From Candidatus Omnitrophota bacterium (lineage in GTDB: Bacteria; Omnitrophota; Gorgyraeia; Zapsychrales; Fredricksoniimonadaceae): DNA of 61,791 bases. Location of the stretch: positions 1 through 61,791 of the forward strand of contig JADFZK010000013.1 of the NCBI GenBank assembly GCA_015232565.1. The letters run 5' to 3'. The notes beneath the pieces were generated by a model. The model saw only the letters and a program-made list of their open reading frames with translations. It made no database searches and had not been told where the DNA came from. Positions 49,091 through 59,408 of this stretch are shown in pieces. The number at the start of each line of letters is the position of its first letter. The first letter of the stretch is position 1. The translations under genes and the position numbers were made by a program.

Positions 49091-51910
49091 ATGGATTACC
49101 AGAAAACACTTAATTTACCGAAAACCGATTTTTCCATGAAAGCCGGGCTGGCTCAGCGTGAACCGGGAGTGCTGGCGGCCTGGGAAAAATCCGGCCTTTA
49201 TAAAACTATCCGCACCCGTTCCACGGGTAAGCCGACGTTTATTCTGCATGATGGCCCGCCGTATGCCAATGGTAATATCCATATTGGCCATGCGCTTAAC
49301 AAGATCCTCAAAGATTTTATCGTTAAGTACAAGACCATGCGGGGTTTTGACAGTTTGTATATTCCGGGCTGGGATTGTCATGGCTTGCCGATCGAACATG
49401 CGCTTCTTAAAGAACTGAAAGCGCGCAAGTCTGACGTGGATTGTGTGCAGTTCCGTAAAAAGGCCCATGATTATGCCATGAAATATGTTGGCCTTCAGCG
49501 CGAACAGTTCAAGCGCCTGGGCGTTATGGGGGAGTGGGATAATCCGTATCTTACTCTTACTCCCGGTTATGAGTTCTGGATCCTCCGGAGCCTGGCCGAA
49601 CTTACCCGACAGGGTTATGTTTACCGCAGTCTTAAACCGGTGAACTGGTGTTTCGATTGTGAAACGGCGCTGGCCGAGGCAGAAGTGGAACATGAGGATC
49701 ATTCTTCACCCGCGGTCTTTGTGCGTTTCCCGGTGAATAATCCGGAAGCTTTGGATTGTCCCAAGGGCAAGAAAGTTTCCCTGCTGGTCTGGACCACTAC
49801 ACCCTGGACCTTGCTGGCGAACGTGGCCGTGGCGGTCAGCCCGGTGTTCGATTATGTGTTAGCCGAGATGGGCGACGAGATCCTGATCGTGGAAAAGACC
49901 CTTTCCGCGGCCGTGCTGGATAAGGAGCCGGGCAAAAAGCACTGGCGGGCGCTGGCCCAGGTAAAAGGCCAGGCCTTAACCAAATTGTTTTATACCCATC
50001 CTTTTGGCAAAAAAGAAAATTGCCGGGTGGTCACGGTGGATTATGTTACCAAGGAAGACGGTACCGGGCTGGTGCATACTGCGCCCGGTCACGGGCAGGA
50101 AGATTACCAGACCGGGGTGGCCAATAACCTGGAGATCCTGATGCCGGTAAATGGCCGCGGTGTTTTTACTGCCGCCGGCGCTCCGTTCGAAAACAAGCAT
50201 GTTTTTAAAGCTAATCCCGAGATCATTGCCGACTTGCAGGCTCGCGGCCTTTTATTCCATACCGAAAAGATCCAGCATTCCTACCCGCATTGCTGGCGTT
50301 GCAAGAACCCCATAATTTTCCGGGCCACCTTTCAGTGGTTCCTGAAAATTGACAATAATGGTTTGCGCGCCAGGCTTAAGGAAGCGGTGGAGAAAGCGGT
50401 CCGCTGGTTTCCCCCGGCGGGCGAGGAGCGTATTAAGGCGATGGTGTCCACTCGTCCGGATTGGTGTTTGTCGCGCCAGCGTTACTGGGGCGTGCCGATC
50501 CCGGCGTTTAAACTCAAGGGCCGGGATGAACAGTTTCTTTTTCCCGAAGTCATCGACCATGTGGCCGCGCTGGTTAAGGAACACGGCAGTGATGTCTGGT
50601 TTGAAAAAAGCGTGGCCGAGCTTTGGCCGCCTGGTTTTACGGTGGCCGGCCTGAAGATCGAAGATTTGGAAAAAGCCCATGATATCCTGGACGTCTGGTT
50701 TGATTCCGGGGTCAGTCATCAGGCGGTGTTCCATGAAATGTTAAAACAGCCTTTGCCGTCCGACCTGTATCTGGAAGGCTCCGACCAGCATCGCGGCTGG
50801 TTTCAGTCTTCGCTTATTCCGTCGATGGCTATGGATGGCCGTCCGCCTTACAAGCAGGTGCTGACCCATGGTTTCGTGGTGGACGGGGAAGGCCGCAAGA
50901 TGTCCAAGTCGACCGGGAATGTTATCGCTCCCGACGACATTATCAAGAATAATGGCGCCGATATTCTGCGTTTGTGGGTGGCTTCAGCGAATTATAATGA
51001 TGACATACGGCTTTCCAAAGAGATCATGGACCGCCTGGTGGATGCTTACCGCAAGATCCGCAATACTGCGCGGTATTTTTTAAGCAATCTGGATGGTTTC
51101 AGCCCCGATACCGACCTGGTGGCTCCGCCGGACCTGCTGGCAGTGGATCGCTGGGCTTTAAGCCGTTTAAGCGCGCTGGTTGAAAGGGTCACCAAGGCGT
51201 ATGAAGTGTATGAATTTGCTGTTGTTTATAAAGAAATTTACTCATTTTGTAACGAAGATATGTCGGGCTTTTATCTTGACATCCTGAAAGACAGATTATA
51301 TACTTCGAGCTCTCGCGCCTTAAAAAGACGTTCGGCGCAGACGGTTTTGTATCATTGCGTAGACGTTTTGGCTCGACTGCTTGCACCGGTCTTAAGTTTT
51401 ACCGCCGACGAGATATACGGCTTTATGCCAAAGACTGCTGCGGCGAAAGAAATTGGTTCGGTGCATTTACTGGCCTGGCCGGTGGCGGACAGTGGTTGGC
51501 GGGATAGCGCGGCGGAAGAGCGTTTGGTGCGTTTTCTGGAATGGCGCCCGTTCATTCTTAAGAAGCTGGAAGAAAAACGCGCGGAAGGCGGCATAGGCGC
51601 TTCGCTGGAGGCTCGGGTGGTAATATGTCCGGTTTCCGAGCGTGATGCGCAGTATCTGTTGTCTTTGGCGGATGAGCTGGCGTCTTTACTGATCGTGTCT
51701 GAAGTGGTGGTGCTTAAGCCGGATAGTGCGCAGAAGTCTTCGCCCACGGCGGGCTTTCTGGGCAATATAACAGTGGAAAAAGCGGGGGGCGTAAAGTGCC
51801 CGCGCTGTTGGAATTATAAAATTGATGTTGGGTCGGACCTGGACCATCCGGAGATTTGCGGCCGTTGCGTCCGGGCGGTTAAAGGTATAGATATCGCGGA
51901 CACGATATAA
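49091..51910 (+). CDS. ileS: Isoleucyl-tRNA synthetase, type 1
   Basis: HDGPPYANG, HIGH, KMSKS, C-terminal CPRC...CGRC zinc finger. Confidence 0.98.
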   Translation: MDYQKTLNLPKTDFSMKAGLAQREPGVLAAWEKSGLYKTIRTRSTGKPTFILHDGPPYANGNIHIGHALNKILKDFIVKYKTMRGFDSLYIPGWDCHGLPIEHALLKELKARKSDVDCVQFRKKAHDYAMKYVGLQREQFKRLGVMGEWDNPYLTLTPGYEFWILRSLAELTRQGYVYRSLKPVNWCFDCETALAEAEVEHEDHSSPAVFVRFPVNNPEALDCPKGKKVSLLVWTTTPWTLLANVAVAVSPVFDYVLAEMGDEILIVEKTLSAAVLDKEPGKKHWRALAQVKGQALTKLFYTHPFGKKENCRVVTVDYVTKEDGTGLVHTAPGHGQEDYQTGVANNLEILMPVNGRGVFTAAGAPFENKHVFKANPEIIADLQARGLLFHTEKIQHSYPHCWRCKNPIIFRATFQWFLKIDNNGLRARLKEAVEKAVRWFPPAGEERIKAMVSTRPDWCLSRQRYWGVPIPAFKLKGRDEQFLFPEVIDHVAALVKEHGSDVWFEKSVAELWPPGFTVAGLKIEDLEKAHDILDVWFDSGVSHQAVFHEMLKQPLPSDLYLEGSDQHRGWFQSSLIPSMAMDGRPPYKQVLTHGFVVDGEGRKMSKSTGNVIAPDDIIKNNGADILRLWVASANYNDDIRLSKEIMDRLVDAYRKIRNTARYFLSNLDGFSPDTDLVAPPDLLAVDRWALSRLSALVERVTKAYEVYEFAVVYKEIYSFCNEDMSGFYLDILKDRLYTSSSRALKRRSAQTVLYHCVDVLARLLAPVLSFTADEIYGFMPKTAAAKEIGSVHLLAWPVADSGWRDSAAEERLVRFLEWRPFILKKLEEKRAEGGIGASLEARVVICPVSERDAQYLLSLADELASLLIVSEVVVLKPDSAQKSSPTAGFLGNITVEKAGGVKCPRCWNYKIDVGSDLDHPEICGRCVRAVKGIDIADTI

Positions 51911-51934
51911 TTTTCATCAAAAAGGACCTGAAAA

Positions 51935-52321
51935 ATGCCGGATAAATTGGACGCCAAGAAGATCGAATTTTTCAAGAAAGCTTTATTGTCGATCAAAGCC
52001 CAGATCAACGGGGACATTCGCAGTATGGCTAACGAGAGCGAAGGGGACCAGGCCGACAAGGGCGATCTTTCCGGCCATGCCATGCATATGGCGGACGTAG
52101 CTACCGATATGTACGATCGCGAATTCAACCTGACCCTGGCTTCGAATGACCGCGAGATCTTGCAGAAGGTGGATGCGGCTTTGGCGCGTATTGAAAAGGG
52201 CACTTTCGGGTTTTGCCTCAAGAGCGGCAAGCGGATCCCCGAGCAACGCCTGAAGGCCATACCGTATGCCGAATATTGCCTTGATGTCCAGGAAGAAATG
52301 GACCGCAAGGGCGAAAGATGA
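51935..52321 (+). CDS. DksA/TraR-family regulator (2-Cys variant)
   Basis: Coiled coil with HMADVAT tip, AL.RIE.GTFG.C..SG..I...RL.AIP.A..C. Confidence 0.88.
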   Translation: MPDKLDAKKIEFFKKALLSIKAQINGDIRSMANESEGDQADKGDLSGHAMHMADVATDMYDREFNLTLASNDREILQKVDAALARIEKGTFGFCLKSGKRIPEQRLKAIPYAEYCLDVQEEMDRKGER

Positions 52322-52331
52322 CCGTCATCCC

Positions 52332-52491
52332 TAGTGTGGTGATTCATATATCTCTTTACGTTTAAATCACCACACTGGAGCAATGGAGCAATCGAAAATG
52401 GAGAAATATTAAAACATTTAGCTCCATTGCGGTCAATTTTCGATTTTCCAATGCTCTTCAAATGTAAAGAAGCGTTTGAGACACAACACTA
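52332..52491. mobile_element. 160-bp MITE-like palindromic element, copy 2 (inverted relative to copy 1)
   Basis: CTAG at both ends; flanks CGTCATCC / GGATGACG are themselves complementary. Confidence 0.8.
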
Positions 52492-52507
52492 GGATGACGT
52501 GAGGCTT

Positions 52508-53014
52508 ATGAAACGATCATTCTCCGATATCATAATTTGCCTTACCACTGTGGCCCTGGTAGTTTCGGTTGATCGTTTGACCAAGGCTTTCTTCTCTGCT
52601 GTCCTTCACCCCGGGGAATCGATCCCCGTTATCCGTAACATCTTTCATTTCTCTCTGGTGCACAACACCGGCATCGCTTTTGGCTTGTTCAAGGATAACA
52701 ATTTTGTTTTCTTTGTTATTCCGGTAATAGCGATCGGCCTTTTGGTGTACAATGTTTACTATTACCACAAAGTCGGGGAACTGGATCGTTTGTACATAGC
52801 GGCTTTTTCCCTTATTCTGGGAGGGGCGATTGGTAATTTGATCGATCGTATGTTGTTGGGCTATGTGGTGGATTTTCTGGATTTCCGGGTGTGGCCGGTC
52901 TTTAATGCCGCCGATAGCGCGATTACCATAGGGGCTTTCCTGGTTTTGCTGAAATGTTTTCCCCGGCCCAAAGAGAATAAGGACGTAAAGTTTAAAGCGG
53001 TTCTTAAGGATTAA
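52508..53014 (+). CDS. lspA: Lipoprotein signal peptidase II
   Basis: D..TK, NTGIAFG, GGA.GNL.DR, V.DF, FNAAD. Confidence 0.96.
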   Translation: MKRSFSDIIICLTTVALVVSVDRLTKAFFSAVLHPGESIPVIRNIFHFSLVHNTGIAFGLFKDNNFVFFVIPVIAIGLLVYNVYYYHKVGELDRLYIAAFSLILGGAIGNLIDRMLLGYVVDFLDFRVWPVFNAADSAITIGAFLVLLKCFPRPKENKDVKFKAVLKD

Positions 53015-53015
53015 A

Positions 53016-53783
53016 ATGTTCCCAGTGATCTGTCAGATCGGGCCTTTGGCGATTTATTCTTACGGGCTTATGCTGGCCCTGGCGGTGTTCGTGTCTGCCC
53101 GGTTGCTGGCTCGGGAGGCTCGAGTTATCGGTATTGAAGCTGACACCGTGTACGACCTGGTTTTTTGGGTGGTGATATCCGGCATTGTGGGCGCCCGGAT
53201 ATTTTATATCTTGCTGAATCTGGGCTTTTTTATCGATGCGCCTTTTGAGATCCTGATGTTACAAAAGGGTGGTTTGGCCTGGCAGGGCAGTTTTGCCGGC
53301 GGATTATTGGCGGGCCTGCTTTTTATTCGTCGGCGCAAACTGGCGCTTTGGCCTTTGCTCGATATTGTGGCCCCATATATTGCCCTGGGATCAGCTATCG
53401 GGCGGATCGGTTGTTTGCTCAATGGCTGTTGTTATGGCCGGGCGGCGGATTGGGGGCTGTATTTTCCGGCATGGGGTGAACGGCTTGTTCCTACTCAGAT
53501 ATTTATGTCGGCAGGCCAGTTGCTGATCTTTCTGATCCTGCGTTCTTTGGTTTTAGCGTCCAGGGCCAGGCCGGATGGAGCAAGAAAGATTTTCTATGCA
53601 GGCAGAATATTTATTTTGTATCTGATGTTGAGTTCGCTGGAAAGGTTCGGTGTTGAATTCTGGCGGGCCGACCATGTTTTGTATTGGGGCTTGAGTATAT
53701 TCCAGTATGTATCCCTTGTGGTTTTTGTTGTCGCTTTGGGCTTGCACCGCAGGCTTAGTCTCCAGAGCATAAGGCGCTCCTGA
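53016..53783 (+). CDS. lgt: Prolipoprotein diacylglyceryl transferase
   Basis: YSYG, GAR..Y, GGL.W.G, GRIGC..NGCCYG, RF.VEF.R. Confidence 0.92.
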   Translation: MFPVICQIGPLAIYSYGLMLALAVFVSARLLAREARVIGIEADTVYDLVFWVVISGIVGARIFYILLNLGFFIDAPFEILMLQKGGLAWQGSFAGGLLAGLLFIRRRKLALWPLLDIVAPYIALGSAIGRIGCLLNGCCYGRAADWGLYFPAWGERLVPTQIFMSAGQLLIFLILRSLVLASRARPDGARKIFYAGRIFILYLMLSSLERFGVEFWRADHVLYWGLSIFQYVSLVVFVVALGLHRRLSLQSIRRS

Positions 53784-53803
53784 GCGCCCAGGAAAAAGAA
53801 AAT

Positions 53804-54706
53804 ATGCTCACACATACTTTAAATGTTACGCCAGAGGATGCGGATGTCCGGGTGGATATCCTGGTTACCAAAGCCTTGCCGGAGGTAATTCCTTCCCGGA
53901 TGTTCGTCAAGCGCCTGCTGGATGAAGGCCGCCTGCAGGTCAACGGCAAACTGGTTAAGGCCTGCTACAAGGTTCAGGCCGGTGACAGTGTGGCCATCGA
54001 TGTTTGCGTGGCCGATTATCCCGACGAGCGCATTAAGCCGGAAGATGTGGCGTTAGATATTGTTTATGAGGATGATGCGCTTATCGCTTTAAACAAGGCG
54101 GTGGGCATCGCGGTGCATCCGGCTTCGGGGCATTACGGCGGCACTTTGGTGAACGCTTTGGTGCATCATTTTGGCAGTTTGTCGGATGTGAACGGCGCCA
54201 AGCGTCCGGGGATAGTACATCGCCTGGACAAGGAAACGTCGGGAGTGTTGCTGGTCGCCAAGACCAATATGGCTCATGCGCGCCTGGCAAAACAGTTTGA
54301 AGGGCATACCATTATTAAAAAATATGTGGCCCTGGTGGAGGGCGAGGTGCAGTTTGATGAGGGCGTAATTGACGCGCCTATTGGTGAGCATCCCAAATAC
54401 CATGACTTGCGCTGTATAGCCAGGGAGGGTGAGGGCAAAGAGGCTTCTACCCGTTACAAGGTTGTTAAAAGGCACAAAAATTGTACCGCAGTGGCTTTGT
54501 TCCCGACTACCGGGCGCACGCATCAGCTCCGACTGCATATGCGCCATTTGCGGCATGCTATACTGGGCGATGAGAAGTACGGGAACAAGGGTAATTTTGT
54601 TCGTTTGGCCTTGCACGCGCAGTCGATAACTTTTGCGCATCCGTTAAATAAATTGCTTATGGAAATTTCGGTTCCATTGCCGGCCGAATTTCTGCCGTAC
54701 TGGTAA
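53804..54706 (+). CDS. rluD: RluA/RluD pseudouridine synthase with S4 domain
   Basis: NK..G..VHP, HRLDKETSG, TGRTHQ.R.H. Confidence 0.92.
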   Translation: MLTHTLNVTPEDADVRVDILVTKALPEVIPSRMFVKRLLDEGRLQVNGKLVKACYKVQAGDSVAIDVCVADYPDERIKPEDVALDIVYEDDALIALNKAVGIAVHPASGHYGGTLVNALVHHFGSLSDVNGAKRPGIVHRLDKETSGVLLVAKTNMAHARLAKQFEGHTIIKKYVALVEGEVQFDEGVIDAPIGEHPKYHDLRCIAREGEGKEASTRYKVVKRHKNCTAVALFPTTGRTHQLRLHMRHLRHAILGDEKYGNKGNFVRLALHAQSITFAHPLNKLLMEISVPLPAEFLPYW

Positions 54707-54786
54707 TTTTTTTTACAACAACCCTTTACTTACATCTCTGGTTTTTTATAATATAAACACCATGAACAAGTTCTCGAGGCTTTCTT

Positions 54787-55641
54787 ATGTCATCCAGTAA
54801 AGGCAGCCGCACAGTACTTATTTTTCTCGTCCTGATAATTGTGATCCTGGTTTGCGGGGTGGCAATATCCCTTTTCCTTTTACAAAAAGAAACCCAGTCC
54901 CGTATGGCTGTCGAATCCTCATTGGAGGTTTCGAAGGAGCGCAATGCCCGGGTTGAGGCCGCGCTGAAGGAGTCCGAGAAGCAGGTGGAAGTGCTCAAAG
55001 GCAAGAACAAGGATGCTGATGAAAAGATCAACAACCTTATGGAAGAGCTGGATCTGGAAGCCGCTTTGCGGGATGAAATAAAAGCCGAGAACAAGAAGCT
55101 TAAGGAATTGATCGAGGCGGAAGGCAAGTCCAAGGTTGAAATGCGCCAGAAACTTACTGCCGAGCTGGATGCGGTCAAGGCCAAATTAACGGCGTTGGTG
55201 GCTACGTCTGCCGATAACGCCCAGGAGGCCGCGGCGCTCAGGAAAACGGCGAATGAACTGCAAAAAAAGAATGCCGAACTGGAAGCCAAGCTTAAGGACG
55301 TGGAAGAAATGGCCGGAGCGCGCCCGCGTAGTGAGATCCTGCCGGTGCCGGGCCAACCGGGCGACGAGAAAGTGGACCTGGACCGGATCGTTATTTCACC
55401 CGGGGCGGCCAAGGAAGGCCGGGTCCTTAATGTTGACAGTGAAACTGAATTCCTTATTTTCGATCTGGGCAGCAAGAATGGCATCAAGCAGAATGACGTG
55501 ATGTCCATTTATCGCGGCAAGACTTTTCTGGGCGACGTAAAGGTTTCGCGTGTTCAGGATGATATGGCGGCGGCCGATTTTATTCCGCCTTTTTCCAGCC
55601 GCAAGGTGCGCAAGAACGACCAGGTCGTTCCCAAGCGTTAA
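54787..55641 (+). CDS. Membrane-anchored coiled-coil protein with a C-terminal beta domain
   Basis: N-terminal TM helix, long heptad region, G.V..V......I.D.G...G motif. Confidence 0.75.
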   Translation: MSSSKGSRTVLIFLVLIIVILVCGVAISLFLLQKETQSRMAVESSLEVSKERNARVEAALKESEKQVEVLKGKNKDADEKINNLMEELDLEAALRDEIKAENKKLKELIEAEGKSKVEMRQKLTAELDAVKAKLTALVATSADNAQEAAALRKTANELQKKNAELEAKLKDVEEMAGARPRSEILPVPGQPGDEKVDLDRIVISPGAAKEGRVLNVDSETEFLIFDLGSKNGIKQNDVMSIYRGKTFLGDVKVSRVQDDMAAADFIPPFSSRKVRKNDQVVPKR

Positions 55642-55642
55642 T

Positions 55643-56911
55643 ATGCAACTTAAGGTCCTTCCTGCCATAGCCCTGCGGGGTGCGCTGGCCCTGCCGGCTT
55701 CAAAATCTTATTCTATCCGGTCCTTCTTTGTGGCGGCCTGCGGCGGCCGGTCCCGCATTATCAATCCCTCTGATTGCGATGATGCCGTGGTGGCTTTGGC
55801 TATTGCCCGGGCCTTTGGCTCCCGGGTGCGGGCTATTAAAAGCGGATACGAGGTTTCTGCGGGGCCTGTTGCGGCCACTCGACCGCTTAAGGTCAAGGTG
55901 CGTGAATCGGGGACTTCTTTGCGTTTTGTACTGCCTTTATTACCGTTCTTCAGTTCGACGGCCGAGGTCAATGGTTCGGGGACTTTGGTCGGACGGCCGA
56001 ATCACCATTTGTGCGCCGCTTTGCGTGACTGCGGGTTGTTGATCCAGGGCGCCGGCGCCAAAGAATCGGTGCCGGTAATTTATTCCGGCGGAACATTGAC
56101 CGGTGGCCGGATCGTGATCGACGGCTCGTTGAGTTCCCAGTTTGTTTCGGCCTTGATGATCGCCGCTCCCTTGGCGCAAAAAGATACCCGTCTGGTGATG
56201 GCGGGAGACAGTTTGGTTTCCCGGGATTATGTGGTCATGACCCGGCAGATCCTGGCTCGGGCCGGTATTCAGGTGGTCCCCAAAGGCCGCCGTGAGTTTC
56301 TTATCCCGGGCGGCCAGGGATATAAAGGCCTAAAGAATTTTAAGGTGCCTTCCGATCTCGGGTTAGCGGCATTTTTTATGGTAGCGGCGGCATTGGTGCC
56401 TGCGGACATTACACTCCAAGGCTTCTTTGACGATTCCCTGGTCCAGTCGGACGGGGCCATTCTGGGTTTTCTGGCTAAGATGGGGCTCAAGTTCACCCGC
56501 ACCGCTCACGCTATCAAGATCAAAGGCCCGCAAAGATTGCAGGGTGGGGTCTTCTCATTAAAAGACTGCCCGGACCTGGTGCCGATCATGGCGGTGGCCG
56601 CGATGTTCGCGTCTGGACCGGTAAGGCTTAAGGATATCGGGCACGCCCGGGTCAAAGAGTCGGACCGGATCAGTGACCTGCGTAAAGAATTGCTTAAGGT
56701 TGGAGCCAATATAGAAGAGAAGCCGGATGAAATGCTGATCTCACCTGGTGTGGCTTATAAAAGCGGGGTGACTTTAGACCCCCATAATGACCATCGTCTG
56801 GCCATGGCCTTTGCGGTGCTGGGGCTTAAACTCGGGGTTAAGGTGGACAATATCGAGTGTACAAAAAAGTCTTATCCCGGTTTTGTCAAAGCGCTGGCTT
56901 CTGTTCGGTAA
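55643..56911 (+). CDS. aroA: EPSP synthase
   Basis: SKS.S.R, ESGTS.R, SSQF, KESDRI, DHR.AMAF, KSYP. Confidence 0.95.
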   Translation: MQLKVLPAIALRGALALPASKSYSIRSFFVAACGGRSRIINPSDCDDAVVALAIARAFGSRVRAIKSGYEVSAGPVAATRPLKVKVRESGTSLRFVLPLLPFFSSTAEVNGSGTLVGRPNHHLCAALRDCGLLIQGAGAKESVPVIYSGGTLTGGRIVIDGSLSSQFVSALMIAAPLAQKDTRLVMAGDSLVSRDYVVMTRQILARAGIQVVPKGRREFLIPGGQGYKGLKNFKVPSDLGLAAFFMVAAALVPADITLQGFFDDSLVQSDGAILGFLAKMGLKFTRTAHAIKIKGPQRLQGGVFSLKDCPDLVPIMAVAAMFASGPVRLKDIGHARVKESDRISDLRKELLKVGANIEEKPDEMLISPGVAYKSGVTLDPHNDHRLAMAFAVLGLKLGVKVDNIECTKKSYPGFVKALASVR

Positions 56912-57031
56912 GGTCTGGAACTCTTCTTTTTCTAGGCACTTACAATTTGACTTCAATTCATTTTTCATATAAGATGTTCTCCATTCATAACTTGGATCTT
57001 TCCTATAGAAAACCATTTTTCAGGGGAAAAC

Positions 57032-58105
57032 ATGATTCAGAAGCTCATCAAAATCCTGCAGGACATTAAAGAATACTTCCTTGGGTACTTTTCTACCGAC
57101 TTAGGCATTGACCTTGGTACCGCGACCACTCTGGTTTATGTAAAAGGGCAGGGCGTGGTGCTGTGCGAGCCTTCGGTAGTGGCTATCGAAAAAGGTACCG
57201 GCCGGGTGGTGGCGGTGGGTGATGAGGCCAAGAAAATGCTCGGCCGGACGCCCAGCAGTATTGTGGCTATACGGCCCATGAAAGACGGTGTGATCTCCGA
57301 TTTCGAAGTGACCGAGGCGATGCTCAAATATTTCATTAAGAAAGTGCATCCCCGCAAGTTCTTTATCCATCCGTCGGTGGTTATTGCTATTCCTTCCGGG
57401 ATAACCGAAGTGGAACGGCGCGCGGTAATTGATTCGGCTATTCACGCCGGAGCACGCGATGTTTGTTTGATCGAGGAGCCCAAAGCCGCGGCGATAGGCG
57501 TGGGCCTGCCGGTGCATGAACCGGGTGGTAATATGATCATCGATATCGGCGGCGGTACTACCGAGTTCGCGGTGATCTCGCTGGGCGGTATCGTGTATGC
57601 CAAATCTATCCGGGTGGCGGGCGATGAAATGGATACTGCGGTGATGGAGTATTTGCGCAAGACTTACAATTTGATGATCGGTGAGCGCACTTCCGAAGAG
57701 ATCAAGATCCGGATCGGTTCCGGTTATCCTTTGGAAGAGGAGCTCACCATGGACGTGCGCGGGCGCGACCTTATTGCCGGCCTGCCCAAGACCATATCGA
57801 TCACTTCGGTTGAAATTCGTGAAGCGCTGGCAGATACTGTTCAGGCCATTGTGGACGCCGCCAAATCTACCCTGGAACACACTCCTCCCGAATTGTCGGC
57901 CGACCTTATTGACCGCGGTATTGTTATGGCCGGTGGTGGTTCACTCCTAAGAGGCATCGACAAACGTATCGCCGAGGAAACCGGCCTGCCCGTTCATGTG
58001 GCGGAAGATCCGAACACTGCGGTCGTGCGGGGCACCGGCGAGACGGTCAATATGCCGGCCAGGTTGCGTAAGCGCCTGATGGCTCAGGCCAAACTGGATT
58101 TTTGA
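57032..58105 (+). CDS. mreB: Rod-shape actin MreB
   Basis: IDLGTA.T, EPSVVA, DIGGGTT, GGG.LL. Confidence 0.97.
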   Translation: MIQKLIKILQDIKEYFLGYFSTDLGIDLGTATTLVYVKGQGVVLCEPSVVAIEKGTGRVVAVGDEAKKMLGRTPSSIVAIRPMKDGVISDFEVTEAMLKYFIKKVHPRKFFIHPSVVIAIPSGITEVERRAVIDSAIHAGARDVCLIEEPKAAAIGVGLPVHEPGGNMIIDIGGGTTEFAVISLGGIVYAKSIRVAGDEMDTAVMEYLRKTYNLMIGERTSEEIKIRIGSGYPLEEELTMDVRGRDLIAGLPKTISITSVEIREALADTVQAIVDAAKSTLEHTPPELSADLIDRGIVMAGGGSLLRGIDKRIAEETGLPVHVAEDPNTAVVRGTGETVNMPARLRKRLMAQAKLDF

Positions 58106-58125
58106 TCTAAGGGCCCGTAGCTCTC

Positions 58126-58905
58126 ATGCTTCGAAAACTTCCGAAACAGCTTATATACGCTCTATTCATTGTTGTCCCCTTCTGGCTGTTGTTCTTCAAT
58201 TCGCCTTTTTTCCATGGTGTAAAGATGAGTTTGATGTCTTTCGGCGCGTCGTCAGTGGCCGTGGCCCGCTGGCCGGTGGACGAGCTGGGGCGCGTGATCT
58301 CGTATCGGAAGACCTACAATGAATACCAGAAGTTAAAGCGCGAGGTGGGCGGCCTTAAGGCCCGCCTGGTGGCTTTGGAGGAAAATGGCGCGGCCAATAA
58401 AAGATACGTGCGCCTGCTGGACCTGCGCAACAAGTCGAATTTTGTTACCGAAACTGCTTTGGTAGTGGCGCGTGACCCGGCCAACTGGAATTCTTCCCTG
58501 ATGATCAACAAAGGCAAGCTGGACAAATTGCGCCCGGGCATGGCGGTAATAAATTCTTCCGGTGTGGTCGGGAAAGTGGCCGAGGTGGCCAGTGATGTGT
58601 CCAAGGTTATTCTGCTGAACGATTCGGGTTTTAGTGTGGCGGTCATCAATCAGCGGTCGCGGGAGAGCAGTTTGTTGAGCGGTTCTTTATCCGGGGATTG
58701 CCGTTTGCAGTATTTGCCGGAAGATGCCGATATCCGGGTGGGCGACGAGATCGTTACTTCGGTCTTAAGCTCGGTGTTCCCGGAAGGTTTGCTGGTCGGT
58801 ACGGTAAGCGAGGTATATCCCGGTGAGCCGGGCACGCCTCCGCGCGCGGTGGTCGAGCCGGCGGTCGAGCCCAGCAAGGTGGAGGAAGTCCTGGTCATTA
58901 AATAG
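58126..58905 (+). CDS. mreC: Rod-shape protein MreC
   Basis: TM plus coiled coil, INKG......GM.V...G.VG, FPEG..VG.V. Confidence 0.93.
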   Translation: MLRKLPKQLIYALFIVVPFWLLFFNSPFFHGVKMSLMSFGASSVAVARWPVDELGRVISYRKTYNEYQKLKREVGGLKARLVALEENGAANKRYVRLLDLRNKSNFVTETALVVARDPANWNSSLMINKGKLDKLRPGMAVINSSGVVGKVAEVASDVSKVILLNDSGFSVAVINQRSRESSLLSGSLSGDCRLQYLPEDADIRVGDEIVTSVLSSVFPEGLLVGTVSEVYPGEPGTPPRAVVEPAVEPSKVEEVLVIK

Positions 58906-58917
58906 TACGAATATCCT

Positions 58918-59406
58918 ATGCGCCAAATATTGCTTATCCCAATCATCTGTTACCTGGCGCTTCTGCTGGAATTCACCTTGTTCAATCTTTTTGGCCGCTG
59001 GGGCGATCCGCATCTGCTTTTGCTGGTGGTGATATTCTTCAATCTTTACTCAGGGATCCGTTTTAGCCTGTGGGCGGCTTTGTGGGCGGGGATGTTCAAG
59101 GATTGTTTTAGCACCATGCCTTTTGGCACCAATATATTCGCTTATGTGGTGTGTGCTTATGTTTCCCTGGCGGTACGCAAATATTGCTATGAACGCGGGT
59201 CGGATATTTCCCGGCTGTGGATGGTTTTGTGCGTGGTTACCACGCACACGGTGGTAATGGGTTTGACGCATAAAATGACTTTTGAGGAAGTGCAATGGCT
59301 CGACGTGTGGGGTAGTATCTGGTTACCCGAGCTGGTCATAACAGCGGCAGTAGCCATCCTGGTCTTTGACCGTTTGCGGGACCTGGCAAAATTATTGAAA
59401 TTCTGA
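58918..59406 (+). CDS. mreD: Rod-shape protein MreD
   Basis: Hydrophobic 162 aa, P.LLL, G...D; position after mreC. Confidence 0.88.
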   Translation: MRQILLIPIICYLALLLEFTLFNLFGRWGDPHLLLLVVIFFNLYSGIRFSLWAALWAGMFKDCFSTMPFGTNIFAYVVCAYVSLAVRKYCYERGSDISRLWMVLCVVTTHTVVMGLTHKMTFEEVQWLDVWGSIWLPELVITAAVAILVFDRLRDLAKLLKF

Positions 59407-59408
59407 TC

